This document shows, piece after piece, positions 33,000-47,526 of a stretch of 64,000 nt of DNA. Below the pieces are notes generated by a model, which had not been told where the DNA came from, ran no database searches, and saw nothing but the letters and a program-made list of their open reading frames with translations. Source of the stretch: the human T2T-CHM13v2.0 reference genome, Homo sapiens; assembly GCF_009914755.1 (NCBI RefSeq), contig NC_060941.1. One strand, given 5' to 3'. Each line of letters begins with the position of its first letter. Position 1 is the stretch's first letter. Made by a program: the position numbers and the translations under genes.

Positions 33000-33340
33000 C
33001 ATATTTGTCCCCTCTCCCTGAAGCTTTGCCTGCAGTGCCCTTGTAAAGAAGTTGGCAAGAAGCAGGAGTGAGGCTCAGCCCCTCTCTGAAATGGATACGC
33101 CGGTTGCTCCCCCTCATGGCTGGTCTCATTTGCCTTCTTCATTTTTAGACACATTCCAAACTTTTCAGCAAATTATAGTGTTTGCCAACTGGCCGTCTGG
33201 GGCCCAGGAGAGATGCTATTTATAGCGATGCTGGGATGCTGCCATCCCAGAGCAGCCTGGTAAGAAACGGAGCCAGAGTGCCTGGGAGTGGCGTCCTGCA
33301 CCCTGGGGAGAGGCCAGGGCCCTGGAGCAGGGTGGCAAAG
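33000..33340. promoter_or_regulatory. Probable SOST distal bone enhancer ECR5 (MEF2-dependent); boundaries approximate
   Basis: Repeat-free sequence with a perfect MEF2 consensus CTA(W)4TAG, CTATTTATAG at 33216-33225, and SMAD-type AGAC/GTCT cores nearby (33147, 33195). Its position relative to WHSC1L2P agrees with the recalled position of ECR5, ~62 kb from the SOST TSS. Confidence 0.75.
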
Positions 33341-35389
33341 CTGGTGGCCCGTGGCAAGGACCACTGGCACATCCCCTGCCTGCCTGGGCCCTGGGGTCTG
33401 TGCCCATACCCCACACGGGGGGCTGCTTCCGTGCTCCTTGGAGAGACGATGGTGCTGTGGGGCCACTGAGCACAGTAAAGGCTAAGACCCACCATAGGTC
33501 AGCCCTTGCTCATGCTGACTGTTGCCCCATTTCCCTTCATTCTCTCACTCGTTCATTCCTCAGAATCTGCATCCTGGTTTTGTCACTACCTGGAGTTGTA
33601 AAGATACCACCAAGCTCACCTTGTGGTGTGAGCCTTGATTTTCCCCATCTGTGTAAAGGGTGGATCTGAGCTCCAAAGTTCCTTCTAGTCATATGCAGAG
33701 TGCATAATAAATGTGTTTGTATTCCCACTGTGCTCAGTGGGCACTGGGGCATGCAGAAGAGAAATTGGAATAAATGTGACCCTTGTCCTCCAGAGGCTCA
33801 GTACCAGACTGGAACCAGGACCCAGATGAGGGGCCTACCCAGAGAGGGCAGCGTGCTCTCCTATTTGTGTTAGGCGTTACCATTTACAAAGGGCTTTACG
33901 GCTTTGAAGGTCCCCACAACGCCCTGAGGAGGTGAAGTGTGGCAATGCCCGTTCACTTGGGAAAATACTGCATCTCAGAGAGACCAAGGGACTCGCTTAA
34001 GGTCACACAGATACAGTAAGTAAGTAGGGAAAGAGCTGGGGCCTCTGGGCTCCTTTTCCGGGGCTCTGGCCTCGGTTTTAACCCGTTCTCCTAGACCTCT
34101 CAGTCTCTGGGCCTCCCCTCTGTGTTCCCCACCCCCACTTTCCATCAAGAGCTCAGTTCTCTTAAGTTCTATATTCTCTCTTCCCCACCCCTAGAAATCT
34201 CTGCCCGCTTCCAGAAAAGGCTTTGATTCCGTCATTTTTGGCATTTCCCACCCAGGAATCAAGGCTGCCTCCTCTGTGAGGAAGGCGTGTGGAAGGCGAG
34301 CAGCTGAGGACACCTCTTTTTAAGAGAAGCTTCTCCATGTTCTTAGCCAGGTTATATAACTTCTTTTGCTTCTTTCTTTTCCACATTCTACATATTTTTC
34401 ACAATGAGGATGTGTCACTTCTATAGTTAAAAATGGAAATCTTCATTTAAAAGAACAATCAGACACAAGGCAAGGTATGCTTACCTTCCCAATGACCAAG
34501 GAGCAGGGAGACATTGGTCGTGGAGGCCATAGGTGACCAGCCTTGAGGGAAGGGAAGGAAGGGGAGGTGCAGGGAGGCGCAGCAGAGGCACCCGAGTGTG
34601 CTCTACGAATGTAAGTCTGCCAGCTGCTCCTCTGTGCCTAGCACCCTGGAAAGCGCCCGCACACAGTGGGCCCTCAGCAAACTCCCACTGAGCAAAGGGC
34701 CCTGTGAGTAAGGACCTAGAAGCAGGGTGTGCTTGAGGCATGGGGTGGGAGGGCATCCAGCTTGGCTGGCGGTGGGAGCCGATGCAAAGGTGAGCTGAGA
34801 CCAGACGGTAGAAGACCTTCAGTGCTGGGCCGAGGAGGGTTCCTTCATCCCATAGAGAAGAGCTGCCATCCAAGACAGAAGGCTGGGGAGTGACATGTTG
34901 AAATCAGTATCTTAGGAAAATAAAGCCACTGGCTGGGCCACTGGCTCCCCTTTGTAGAGGGGTCTACGAAGCTCCCGAGGTTTCAGATAGTCCCTGAGAG
35001 CCCTTCCCCTCGCGATGGGCTCCGTTTGAGGCATGTCCAGTGTGAAAGGACCACAGGCCACCTGAGGGACAGGACCAAGCAGAGAGCTAGTGACAGAATG
35101 CCCAGGGCTCCAAGACAGGGCTGGAGAGGTGGGAGTGGTCCCCACCTTGAGAGCCAAAGGGGCTGAGGGCTGAGGGTTGAAGGCCGAGAGCCAGGAAGGT
35201 CCAGGGGAGCAAAAGGGGGAGCAGAGGGGGAGCTGGAGGTGTTGGGGTGGTGGGTAGAGAGCCAAGATAGGGAGGGGACAAGAGAGGGGAGAATCTCAAG
35301 GAAAAGCAGGAGCATGAGACTGAGAGAAGGCCCCTGGAACACTGGCTTGAATGTGGCTGACATTGGCACTGCCAGTACTCATCCCAAAC

Positions 35390-36375
35390 CAGGGAGCTCA
35401 GCCAGCGCCCTTTCTGCATGTCCGCTCTTTCATCAGACAGCTAGGAACAAGTTATACGAGATGATGTCCAAGTCCAATAAATGTCTAAGTCCTTTCCACT
35501 GGATCTGGCCCCAGCCTCCTCTCTGAACCATCTCCTATCACTCCACCCTATCCCTGCTGGCTCCTTCTGCTCCAGCCATACAGGCTTGCTCCTGGGCTCA
35601 GCTTGTGCCTGCCTGGGGAGCCTCGCGCTTGCTGTTTCCTCCTTGAGAAATTCCTGCCCTGGATAACTCCTTCCCCCACTTCCTTCAGATCTCTGCTCCC
35701 TTATCAGGGGGCTTCCCCTGGCTGCCCTATCTATAACAGCCCTGACCACTCTTTTCCTCTTCTCCTGCTTTCTTTGTCTTCCTGTTCTTATCACTAAGAC
35801 ATCACACATGTCTTAGTTGGCTTGTTTATATTCTGTCTCCACCCATCTTAGTCAGCTACTGCTGAAATGATGCTGTGTAACAAACCACCCCGATACTCAG
35901 AGGCTCCAAACAAGTGCTGATCTTTCTCATTTGTGAGTCTGTGTGTCAGCCCGAGCAGGGCAGCTCCAGGCTATGGCTTGGGTTTGGGTGGACTCCATGT
36001 CTCTCTCCATTCTCCTTGGACCAGCAGCTCCCTGGGGCACATGCTTGTCTTGGAGAATGGCAGGAACTTAAAAGCCAAGCCAAACCTCACAGCACGGTTA
36101 AGGGTGATCATGACACACCGCTAACATTCTAGTGGCCAAAGAAGTCTCATGGCCAAGTGTAATAGCAGTGGATTGGGCAAGTTTACTCTCTTACACCTGT
36201 TGTGAAGGGGAGTGGGAGGGGATGGGGGGGTGACCGTTTTCACAACAACAGTGCAAACTATCCCATCTCCCAATAGAACATAAACACCTTAAGGTTGGAA
36301 CTGGGTCTGTATCCCCAGCACTTAAAATAGTTTTTGGCATACAGTAAGGGTGCAATAGACATTTGTTAAATAAAT
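35390..36375 (+). mobile_element. L2 3' region interrupted by an MLT1-type LTR (about 35847-36261)
   Basis: L2-like text on both sides, ending ..ATTTGTTAAATAAAT. The LTR starts ..GCTGTGTAACAAACCACCCC and is flanked by CCCAT on both sides. Confidence 0.65.
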
Positions 36376-36927
36376 ATACAGACTAACCAATTAGCATAAT
36401 ACAGATGACAAAGGTGTCTCTCTTCTGCCAGCTTCTGTGCCTGAAATGTTGATGATCTCCTCCCTATCTTCCTAACATCTCTCCTGTCCCCACCTGTCCA
36501 TGCCCAGGGTTTGGCTGCTGTGACAGAAGTGTGAGAGCCTCCTGTCTCCCTTGGGATCCCAGTAAGAGCTTCCATGCCTCTCTCCCTGCTCACCTGGGCT
36601 CCCATCCCTGGGGACCTTCTGGAAACAGCTTCCAGGGCTCCCAGAGCTTACTTAGCCAGATTCTACATCTGGCTCCAGCTGTTATCCTAAGCTTGGCCTT
36701 GTTTTCTGATCTGACCACAGCTTCATCACTCCTACCTGACTGTGGGATTCTAGCCCCCAGTGGGGTGGGGGACCAAGGGTGACAATTACCTGGGACCTTG
36801 ACTATTGAAAGGCTAATCAGGTTTGATTGGGAAAAAAGAGTTGCTAAAAAGGATTGTATTGGATAATTGGTGAGATTTGAACATGGATTTTATATTAGTA
36901 TTGTGTTATTACATTTTCTGATATTAG

Positions 36928-37227
<300 letters not shown>

Positions 37228-37372
37228 GTTAGTCATTCTTATAGGTATGTAAGAAAATGTCCTTGAGGTATTTAGCAGGGAAGTTCATGATCTCTGCAGC
37301 TTACTCACAAATGGTTAAACAGAATGAGACTAAGAACAGACTAGTAAGAAAAGACTGAAGAATATAATTATT

Positions 37373-37673
37373 AGGCCAGGTGCAGTGACTCACACCTGTA
37401 AATCCCAACATTTTGGGAAGCTGAGATAGGAGGATCACTTGAGGCCAGGAGTTTGAGACCAGCCTGGGCAACATAGTGAGACCCCATCTCTACAAAAAAA
37501 AAAAAAAGTAAAAATTACGTGGGCACGGTGGTATACGCCTGTACTTCCAGCTTCTTGGGAGGCTGAAGTGGGATGATCAGAGGACCTCAGGAGTTTGAGG
37601 CTGCAGTGAGCTATGATTGCAGCACTGCACTCCAGCCAGGGAGACAGACTGAGGCCCGGTCTCTAAAAAAAAA
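37373..37673 (+). mobile_element. AluJ
   Basis: Alu consensus. Confidence 0.9.
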
Positions 37674-38479
37674 GGAATCTATGTGAGTCTATATATTCGT
37701 GCAACTTTTCTATAGGATTGAAACTCTTTAAAATAAGCTTAATAATAAAAACAAAAGCTGGTGGGTGAGACCTTTCATGTACTCTCCAGGAGAGTTAAGC
37801 CCCCCAACATTCCTGTCCCCTTGTTTACTCTCAAGCACCCCCTCCCCCACCCAAGGACCAGGTCTTTGTTTACTGAGCATCTCAGCGATGAGCTCTCACC
37901 CCCTGATTTCATCAATTATAAATGTGCTCGCTACTCACCACACGGCAATTTGTGACGGACTGTGGTTTGTGGTGAGAGTAGCACCATCCAAGTTCACCGC
38001 AGCCGCGAGTAGAGATGAGGGTTGGGGCCAGACACAGGGCTGTGGGGGCGGCAAGGGCACGCAGGCAGCCCTGCCACCTTCCTGTTTGTCAGCCAAGTGA
38101 GGCTTCCGAGGGCAGCGGGCGAGCGGGTCACTACTCAGGGCCAGCTACTGCGGCCAGGCCAGGCTAGTCAGGTCTGTGCAGCCAGAACTAGAGGCTCCGC
38201 CAGGATGTGAGGTCTCCCAGCTCCTGGGAACTGAAGCAAACACTCTGACTACCCCTTCTTGAAGTGCCTTACGGTGTATACATTTGTTTAATCTGCACAA
38301 CAAACCTAGGAGCAGTTATTGTTACTGTCCTCATTTTGCAGATGAGGAAACTGAGGCAAAGAGAAATTAAGTAACTCCTTCAAAGTCTGGTAAGTGACAG
38401 AACCAGATTTTACCCTCTTACTCATTGTCCATATTGCCGAGTAACTTACATTAATAGATACTATGCATGTTTATTTTAT

Positions 38480-39074
38480 TTTTTATTTTTTTTTAGAGAT
38501 GGGGTCTCATTCTTTTTTTTTTTTTTTTTTGAGACGGAGTCTCGCTCTGTCGCCCAGGCTGGAGTCCAGTGGGGCGTGATCTTGGCTCACTGCAAGCTCC
38601 GCCTCCCTGGTTCACTCCATTCTCCTGCCTCAGCCTCCCGAGTAGCTGGGACTACAGGCACCTGCCACCACGCCCGGCTAATTTTTTGTATATTTAGTAG
38701 AGTCGGGGTTTCACCGCGTTAGCCAGTATGGTCTCGATCTCCCGAACTCGTGATCCGCCCACCTCGGCCTCCCAAAGTGCTGGGATTACAGGCGTGAGCC
38801 ACCGCGCCCGGTCCTCATTCTTTCACTCAGACTGGAGTGCCGTCGTGCAATCTCAGCTCACTGCAGCCTCAACTCGGGGCTCAAGCAATCCTGCCACCTC
38901 AGCCTCCCGAGTAGCTGGGACCACAGGCAGTGCCACCACACCCAACTAATTTTTGCATTTTTTGTAGAGACCGGCTTTTGCCATGTTGCCCAGGCTGGTC
39001 TCGAACTCCTGAGCTCAGACAATCCACTTGCCTCGGCCTCCAAAAGTGCTGGGATTACAGCACCACGCCCAGCC
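38480..39074 (-). mobile_element. AluJ with nested AluY (about 38513-38813)
   Basis: Inner TSD CTCATTCTTT; outer TSD GATACTATGCATGTTT. Confidence 0.9.
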
Positions 39075-42000
39075 GATACTATGCATGTTTAACTGACACC
39101 TAATGATTAGGTAGCAACAATTTCTTGGCTGCCTTATTCACCTTCATGACCCCCAACATTGAAAATGTCTTTTCCCATGTGAAAGCATTTGTGGGCTCCT
39201 ACTGCCAATCTATAAAGTAGAAATCCTTCTGTGGTACAAAGCCCTCTTTCTTATCTAATTTCCCATTTCCCGTTCCCCCTTCCCCCTTCTGCTAAGAGCT
39301 CTTCCCTACCCACATTGTAAGTAGGGCCGGGGAGCTAACTCCACCTTGCGTACTCCAAATCAACCACATGACCCAGGCCTGACCAATCAGGGCTCCAAAT
39401 CCTCTAGCTATAGTGATTGGTTTAGGGAGGGACATGTGACCCGCCTGAGCCAATGAGGATCTGTTCTGGGACTCCTGTTTGAACTCTTGGGAAAATAAAC
39501 TCCTTATGTTGGGTGGCTGAGGGGATGAATGTGAGCTGGGAGCTGCAAGCAGGCATCATGCTATTCCCTTCAGCTTTCAAGTAGTGTTTTCACTGCTGTT
39601 AACAATTCCAAATCTTAAGTGTTCCTTGCATCTTCCTCTCGCCAAAAATATTACAGTACTGGAGGGCTTACGTGGTGTCTCAAATGTCTGGAGTTTAAAT
39701 CTGCCTTGCAGCTTCCATGGCCACAGTGAGTGTCTGAGTCCTGGCCGCTTTCTGCTGATCCCGGGGAGAGTTTAGCCTGCCTGCCCTTCCTCCCTGGTTC
39801 GTTCTCATGTACTCAGATCCCTGCCTCACTCTTCTCTCACACAGACAACAAAAGAGAGTCAGATTGTGGTCTTAAGTGCACAGGACTCTGAAGTTAGGAC
39901 CAGAAGACCTTGGTTAGAGTCTAAACCTTGTCAGTTACCAAATATCATTAGGCACATTAGTTAATCTCTCTGAGGCTTATTTCCCCATCAGTAAAGTGGG
40001 TACTGCTGAAGATGTAGTCTTTAGAAGTGTTCTCTAGATTGTAAGCCCCGTGCTTCCTGGTTATTGACTAAACAGGGATAAAAATGAGTTTCTCCTCACC
40101 TGGGTGTCATTGAGTTTCTGGTCATTGTGAGATGGGTGATGAAGCCAAGGGCATCAAACATCCCAACAAGGCTGTTTTCTGCATCTCCAGGGCTATCCCA
40201 GCGTTAATCACATATGGACCTTTAATCAGAGTTTGCAGAATAAGTGAGAATTGTGTCAGAGTATGAATGTAGATATTATCTTGTTTTAGTCATTGTTACT
40301 CTAGGGGACCATTCTTACTACAGGAATATTGCACAAAACCCAGAAATGTATTGACTTTCTCCTAACCAAGGCCTAAAGAGCTGGTGTTAGACATAGGCCA
40401 AGGCCAGCCAGAGGCCCAAAGCCTGTTTCCCAGGGTAGGACTGCCCTGGCCTCCCCCTCTTTCTCCCCAGGCTCCACCCCAGAGAGCTGAAGACCAGGCT
40501 GGGTACGGCACTGCTGAGAAACTGAGGAAAATGCCACTGGCCTCCTCTCTCACTGCAGGCTGCCCACCCGGGAGGGGGAAAGCTTGTCACTAAATCAGGT
40601 TCAGTTTTGGTCACTGTCTTGGACTGGATATTCTAGCATCAGAACTGAGATGTTTCTTGTGACTTAAAGTAACTTCAGGACTCTATTCTACCTAGGATTG
40701 GGCAGAAAAGTTATGGGCCTGCGGGAGTTCCAATTCAGAAACAGGGGAGATTACTTGCACTAAAGAAAGTCTAAAGGAAGGTAGGAGACAAAAATAAAGT
40801 TGTGTATTGATGATCCTAGGAGTTATGCTTGTTTGACATACCAGTTATACCTGCTGTCACGGTAGTTATGCATTAGGGGACCCAGGTGTCTGAAGTTATA
40901 TCCAGAAGACTTCTGAGGGTGCACCGGGGGGTCCCTTGGCTAAAAGTGTGATTTAAACCCTAAGAGCCTGCCCAGACTATCAGTCCCAGTTTCTACGTCC
41001 ACTGTCCCTGAATCTCGCTGCTTCTTCCTTAGGCTGCTGGGAGTCTGAACCCTCCCCCGCCAACACCCCTCCCCCATGCCTCAGTCGTGGGAAGGGGGGG
41101 CCCTTGAGCAGTAGGGCCAAGCCCTGTTCAGCCTGGGACCAAGTTCCCATCAACAAGGTGGTCTGGGCAGTGGCCAGCCAGAAAGCAGTAATTACTGTCG
41201 AGGTGCAGGGACCCCAGGTAGGGCCCCCACCTCCCACCTCTGTGTGGGCAGTGAATGGGCCTGCCCCTGGGTAAGGCTGTGTCAGCAGGCGCCTGCCCAC
41301 CCCTTGCTGGGTTCCCAGGCCCCTAGAGCCCTCTCGTAATAGGAGCCATTTGCGCTGTAACCAGTGGGTGACCAGATTTTTAATCTTGGAGACCCCTTGG
41401 ATCCCAGGCGGGAAGTGGGATTTGTCAAATGGGGAGAGGCGGGGCTGTCTGGGAATGCCAGACGGGGTTGTGCTGGGGAAATATGTCTCCTTTCCATACA
41501 GCCCCCTTCCCATACCTCCAGCCTCCCTCTACCCCGCAAGTCAGCTCTGTAGCTCCTAGGAGGTATCTCCAACATGCTTAGCTGTTGAAAGTAAATGAAT
41601 GCCGGAAGTTGAAATCTGAATGGCTTGTTTTGCACTAACTCAGGTGCATGCCAAATAGGGGTGTCTCTTTGCTTGATCCTAATCCTTCCTCCTCTGAAAT
41701 CCTTTCTGACCTGCTGCCTATCAGCAATTGCCCTGCAAAGACCCTCTAGCTGGCCGCGGGAGAAGCTGTGTTCTTGGCTATCAGGAGTGAGAACACTGGA
41801 CCCAAGCTTGCCTATTCTCTGCCACAACTCACTGTGTGATCTTGGACAAGTCACTTCCTTTCTTTCAGCCTCAGTTTCAGGAGACTTGGCACTTGCTGAG
41901 TGCCAATGTGTGCCATGTTCTTGACAAGTATGGTCCCACACAACCTTGCCAATGACCCTGTGACCTATGTCTTCTTGTTCCCAGTTTACAGGAGAGAAGA

Positions 42001-42324
42001 TGCAGCCTGGGAGAGATGCAGCAGGTGTCTGAGGCCACACAGCAAGTCACCCAGGGCCAGGATCTGAAGCTGGGTCTCTCCAGCTCCACTGCCTGGGCAC
42101 TTTCTCCTCCACAGCGACCTTCAGGTCATCATGAGGAGCCTTTCGGACTAAAGCTAGAGAGCTGGGATTCCAACAGTTCAGCAACCCATGACTTCTCCAT
42201 GGCAGCTGCTGCCTGACCACCTAGTGCCTTTCCACTAAGATTGTTCCTTCCCTCTCCTGAAGATTATCCTCCTGCCCCTCTCTCCCAAACATCTGCGGTG
42301 TGCACCTGCTGCCCAAAGTTGAAC

Positions 42325-42618
42325 TTTTTTTTGTTAGAGACAGGGCCTCACTGTGTCATCCAGGCTGGAGTGCAGTGGCGTGATCATAGCTCACTGCAGC
42401 CTCCAACTCCTGGGCTCAAGTGACCCTCTCACCTCAGCTTCCTGAGTAGCTGGGACTACAGGCATGCACCACCACGCCTGGCTAATTTTTAAATTTTTTG
42501 CAGAGACAGGGTCTAGCTATGTTGCCCACCCTGGTCTTGAACTCCTGGGCTCAAGCAATCTGTCTGCCTTGGTCTCCCAGCTCGCTGGGATTACAGGCAT
42601 GAATCACCATGCCCGGTC
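42325..42618 (-). mobile_element. AluJ within L2
   Basis: TSD CCAAAGTTGAACTTTT. Confidence 0.9.
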
Positions 42619-43329
42619 CTCCAAAGTTGAACTTTTGAGACTCAGTTTCCTTCTTGGTAAATTCAGGCTCCTAGGTGCTACCTCCTCAGAGACATCCTCC
42701 TTGACCACATCACATGACCTCTCGCAGAGGCCAGATTCTTTAATGTATTCATTTGTCTATTATCATGTTTCCCCAGTAGAAGTTGCACAAACGGCAGGGG
42801 CTTCATCTGTTTTGTTTGCCGTTATGTCCTTAGCACCTAAAATTGTGCCTGGCACATATAGTACTCAGTATGTATTTGCTGGGTCAATGAGTGAGTGAAT
42901 TTATACTAATAACAGCAGCTACCATTTCTAGAGTGTTTACCATATATTGGGCACTGTGTCAATCTTCCCAACAACCCACAGACGAAGATCAATTATTACA
43001 CCCATTGTACAGATCAGGAAACTGAGTCAGGTTAAGAAACTTGCCCTAAATCCTACAGTCTCACTTAGAACTTCTGACTGCAGTGCTCATCAGAATGCAT
43101 TGTCAACCCAAAGGTCATTTCCAGCTCAGGTGGCTTCTATCAAAAGAGCTCATCCTGGCCTTTCCAAGAGCCAGACCTCCGACATCGGTGGAGCCCTGTG
43201 CATAGCTGGCCTCTCCTGGGCGTCTTGTCCCAAGTACAGAGACCTGGATCCTTTCCCACTCATGTGCAACAGCCCAAAATTAAAAACAAAAGCCATATTA
43301 AAAAACAAAACCAACTTTCTGCCTTAAAA

Positions 43330-43625
43330 TATTGTGAGCCAGGGGGCAATTAGCAATTATGCTGTATTTTATTATGAGAAGATAGAATTCTAATTGGACT
43401 GATTTGAATTCCACACACCTCCACAGATTGTTTTGGGAATTAAGGTATCAGTTGTATCGGTAATTATGGTTTACCATTCAATTACCCCCCCACAGAAAAC
43501 TGTTAAATTGTCTGTGACGGGGCTTAAATTTAGCTCAGACCTATGTCCTATGAAGACTGCGCGAGTCAATACAAGCCATCCGGAAACCACCGGGTGCCCT
43601 GTGCCAGGCGGTAATTAGGGGTTGA
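43330..43625. promoter_or_regulatory. Candidate homeodomain-rich enhancer
   Basis: About seven TAATT/AATTA cores in under 300 bp of unique sequence. Confidence 0.45.
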
Positions 43626-44624
43626 GGTTTCCAAAGTTTTACCTGAGACAGCAGGGACAAGTGCCTGGGCTGGGCGTGCTCACGTGGGGGGGCTTGGATG
43701 CTCCCCCAGCACAGTGCTCTTGGCTCCTGCCCTGCGTTGCTGGTGCAATAGCTGATCATCTGGAAGACAATGTGGTTTCAGCCGCAAGTGACATTTTGGC
43801 GAGGTGCACCAGCATAGAAGCCCTGAGACAGCGAGGGACCATGTAAAACTCACGGACATTGTAATTGGACACATCTGGGATTGAATTCCCACTCTTCCAC
43901 TTAGGGAGTGAACTTGAGAGGGCCACTTAATATCTTTGAGCCTCTGTTTCCCCACCTGTCAAATGGGTACACCTCCTGCCTCACACACGGGTTATTGTGA
44001 AGATGGATGGAGAATAATAATGGTGCCTGGCCCAAATTGCATTTTTTTCTCTTTTTTTAGTACTCACTACATGCCAGATACTTTACAAACATCTCTAAAC
44101 CTCCTAAGCCCTATAGGGCAGGCACTGTGGTTATTCTCTGTTTTATGGATGGGAAAACTGAGTCCCAGAGAGGTTAAATAACATGCCGAAAGTCCCATGA
44201 CTATGAAATGGGGCAGCTGGGATCCAAACCCAGGTGACCTAGGGCCAAACCCTAAGCATGAAGCTGCCCTGCTGGGTGCCTTCTGTACCTGTCCCTCTAA
44301 GTGGAAGTGCCTAGAAATGACCCAGCCAAAAGCAGCAGACTGTATTTTATCATTTCAACAATTCTCTCTGTCCATAAAAAGTTCTATGCAGCTTGGCCAG
44401 TTCCTTTTTCCTGAATACAAAACTGAGAATGGTAACAGGGAACTGACTTTTTAATGTCATGGTGCAAAGGAGCTAGCTCTGCCATGACCTCCTTGAAGTG
44501 ACCTGGTAGAGTGAGGGTAAGACAAGCCACACTCCCTAGGCTATGGAGGCCACTCTCCATGGAGGTAGGGGAATAGGGAATCCTGCAAAATACAGTCTCT
44601 GGGGATGGGAAGGATCAGGGAAGG

Positions 44625-45232
<608 letters not shown>

Positions 45233-46057
45233 ATTTTTTTTTTTAAAGGATCAGGGTAGGTACATGGACTCCTCCTATTCCTTCTGGCACCATCAGTGGT
45301 TGAACACACAAACTTTGGTTCAAATCCTGCCTCTTCCAATTTGCTAGCTGTGTGACCTTGAAAAAGTTACTTAACCCCTCTTATCCTTAGTTTCCTCATC
45401 TTCAGAATAAAAATAGTGCTTGCCTGATGGGGGAGATGATGGATGTAAAGGGCCTCATAGAGGGCTTGGCATTTACCAAGTGTTTGAGAAATATTGGCTG
45501 TTTTTATTCAAGGCCTGCTCATTGCTAGCATGAGCTACCTGCAACAGCCACCTCTAGGCCTCTTTTGCTTCCTATATTCCAGCCACACCAAGAAACCATG
45601 ATGGCCTGAATCCTCTCTGACTTTGTCAGGCCTCCGTGCCTTTATACATGCTGTTCCTTCTGCCTAGAAGGCCTTTCTCTTTTTTCAACCTCCTTGAGTC
45701 CATTTTAGTCCCTGCCAGATGGTCACTTCTCTGTGATGCTGCCCTAACTCCTTGGCAGCCATGCTGCTCCCTTGACCATTCACTAGCCCCTTTAATTCAG
45801 CCCCAGCCACAGTGAGGATTAAATGGGATGATGTCTGAGAAAGCCCATGGGCAAGAACCTGGCATGGAGTGGTGCCCCATAAATGATGAATGGAGCTGGG
45901 GTTGCTTTCTCAGCCAGCTGCCTGGCAGGGGCCTGGCTTCCTCATCTTCACACGTCAGTGCCTAGAGTAACACCTGGCACACAGTGAACACAATCTCAGT
46001 AACTGTTAGACATTTGTCTTTTGGGGAGCTGCTCAGCCTCCCACATTGGGGTGTGGG

Positions 46058-46397
<340 letters not shown>

Positions 46398-47160
46398 TAG
46401 GCCTGGTGGGGGAAGTCAGGGACCCCACCACAAAAGTTGGAGAGGCCACATCCTCCCACCTCCATCTGGGGTTAGACATGTGACCCAGGCTTGGCCAATC
46501 GGATGTTCCTCCATCTTGCCCAGAATTCACACTCAGCAGTGGTCTTCACGAGGGGTGGTAGTGGTGGCCAGTAGGAGCAGGGCTGGGCAGCCTCCCTAAC
46601 CCACGTTCATGAGACTTGAAGCTGGCTGGTTTCCTGTCCCCTGGCCTCCCTTGCCCATTCCCATCCTGGTGCTCCCTCCCTATGGACTCCTTTTGCTCAT
46701 AAATATCCTTCCAATTAATTGCTTTGCTGCTTCTTAGCTAGTGTTGTTTCTGTCACTTGCAACCAAGAGCCTATTCAGGTGCAGGAAGGGTTGAATGAAC
46801 AATGGAAATGGATCAACACATGTTTCTGAGCATGTGCTGACAGGCAGGCCCTGGGCGGAGTACCACGGTGTTCAAATGATGTGTAAGATGTGGGCAGTGC
46901 CCCGGGGGGTCTATGGGGAGACAGACCATGCATGACATCATAAACAAGACCACATTATAAAGTGGGGTTTAGTTGGACCTTGCAGACACCCAGAGAAGAC
47001 GACTTTGAGCCCTCATTGGATGGTGCCATCGCAAAGTACAAAACGAATTGGGTTGTAGGAACTGGAGGCACTGGGACAATATTCCAGATTAGGGATTGAG
47101 CTGAAGGGGTTGGAAATGGCTGAGTAGGGTGGTGGAAAGGGATGCCTGCTAGTAGGCAAT

Positions 47161-47526
47161 TGTCTTAGTCTGTTTTGTGCTGCTGTAATGGATTACCACA
47201 GACTGGGTAATTTATAACAAACAGAAATTTATTTGGCTCATGGTTCTGAAGGATGGGAAATCCAAAATCAAGGAGCCGGCATCTGGTGAGGGCCTTCTTG
47301 TTGCATCATAACATGCCAGAGGGTGTCACATGGTGGAAGGGCAAAGAGAGGGAGAAAGGGAAAGAGAGGGAGCAGGAAAGGGCAAACCCACTCCCATGAT
47401 AATAAGCTCACTCATATCATGAGTCATTCATCCATCGTGAGGGCAGGGTCCACCTCCCAATACCATCACAATGGCAACTAAACCTCAACATGATTTTTGG
47501 AGAGGACAAACATTCAAACCATGGCA
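47161..47526 (-). mobile_element. MaLR LTR (MST-family)
   Basis: TGTCTTAGTC..ACAGACTGGGTAATTTATA..GGCATCTGGTGAGGGCC..ACATTCAAACCATGGCA. Confidence 0.82.

Noticed and set aside
41282-42040. 252-aa minus-strand ORF
   Set aside because: Non-ATG start, includes MIR-derived translation (EVTCPRSHS), and has no recognisable homology.
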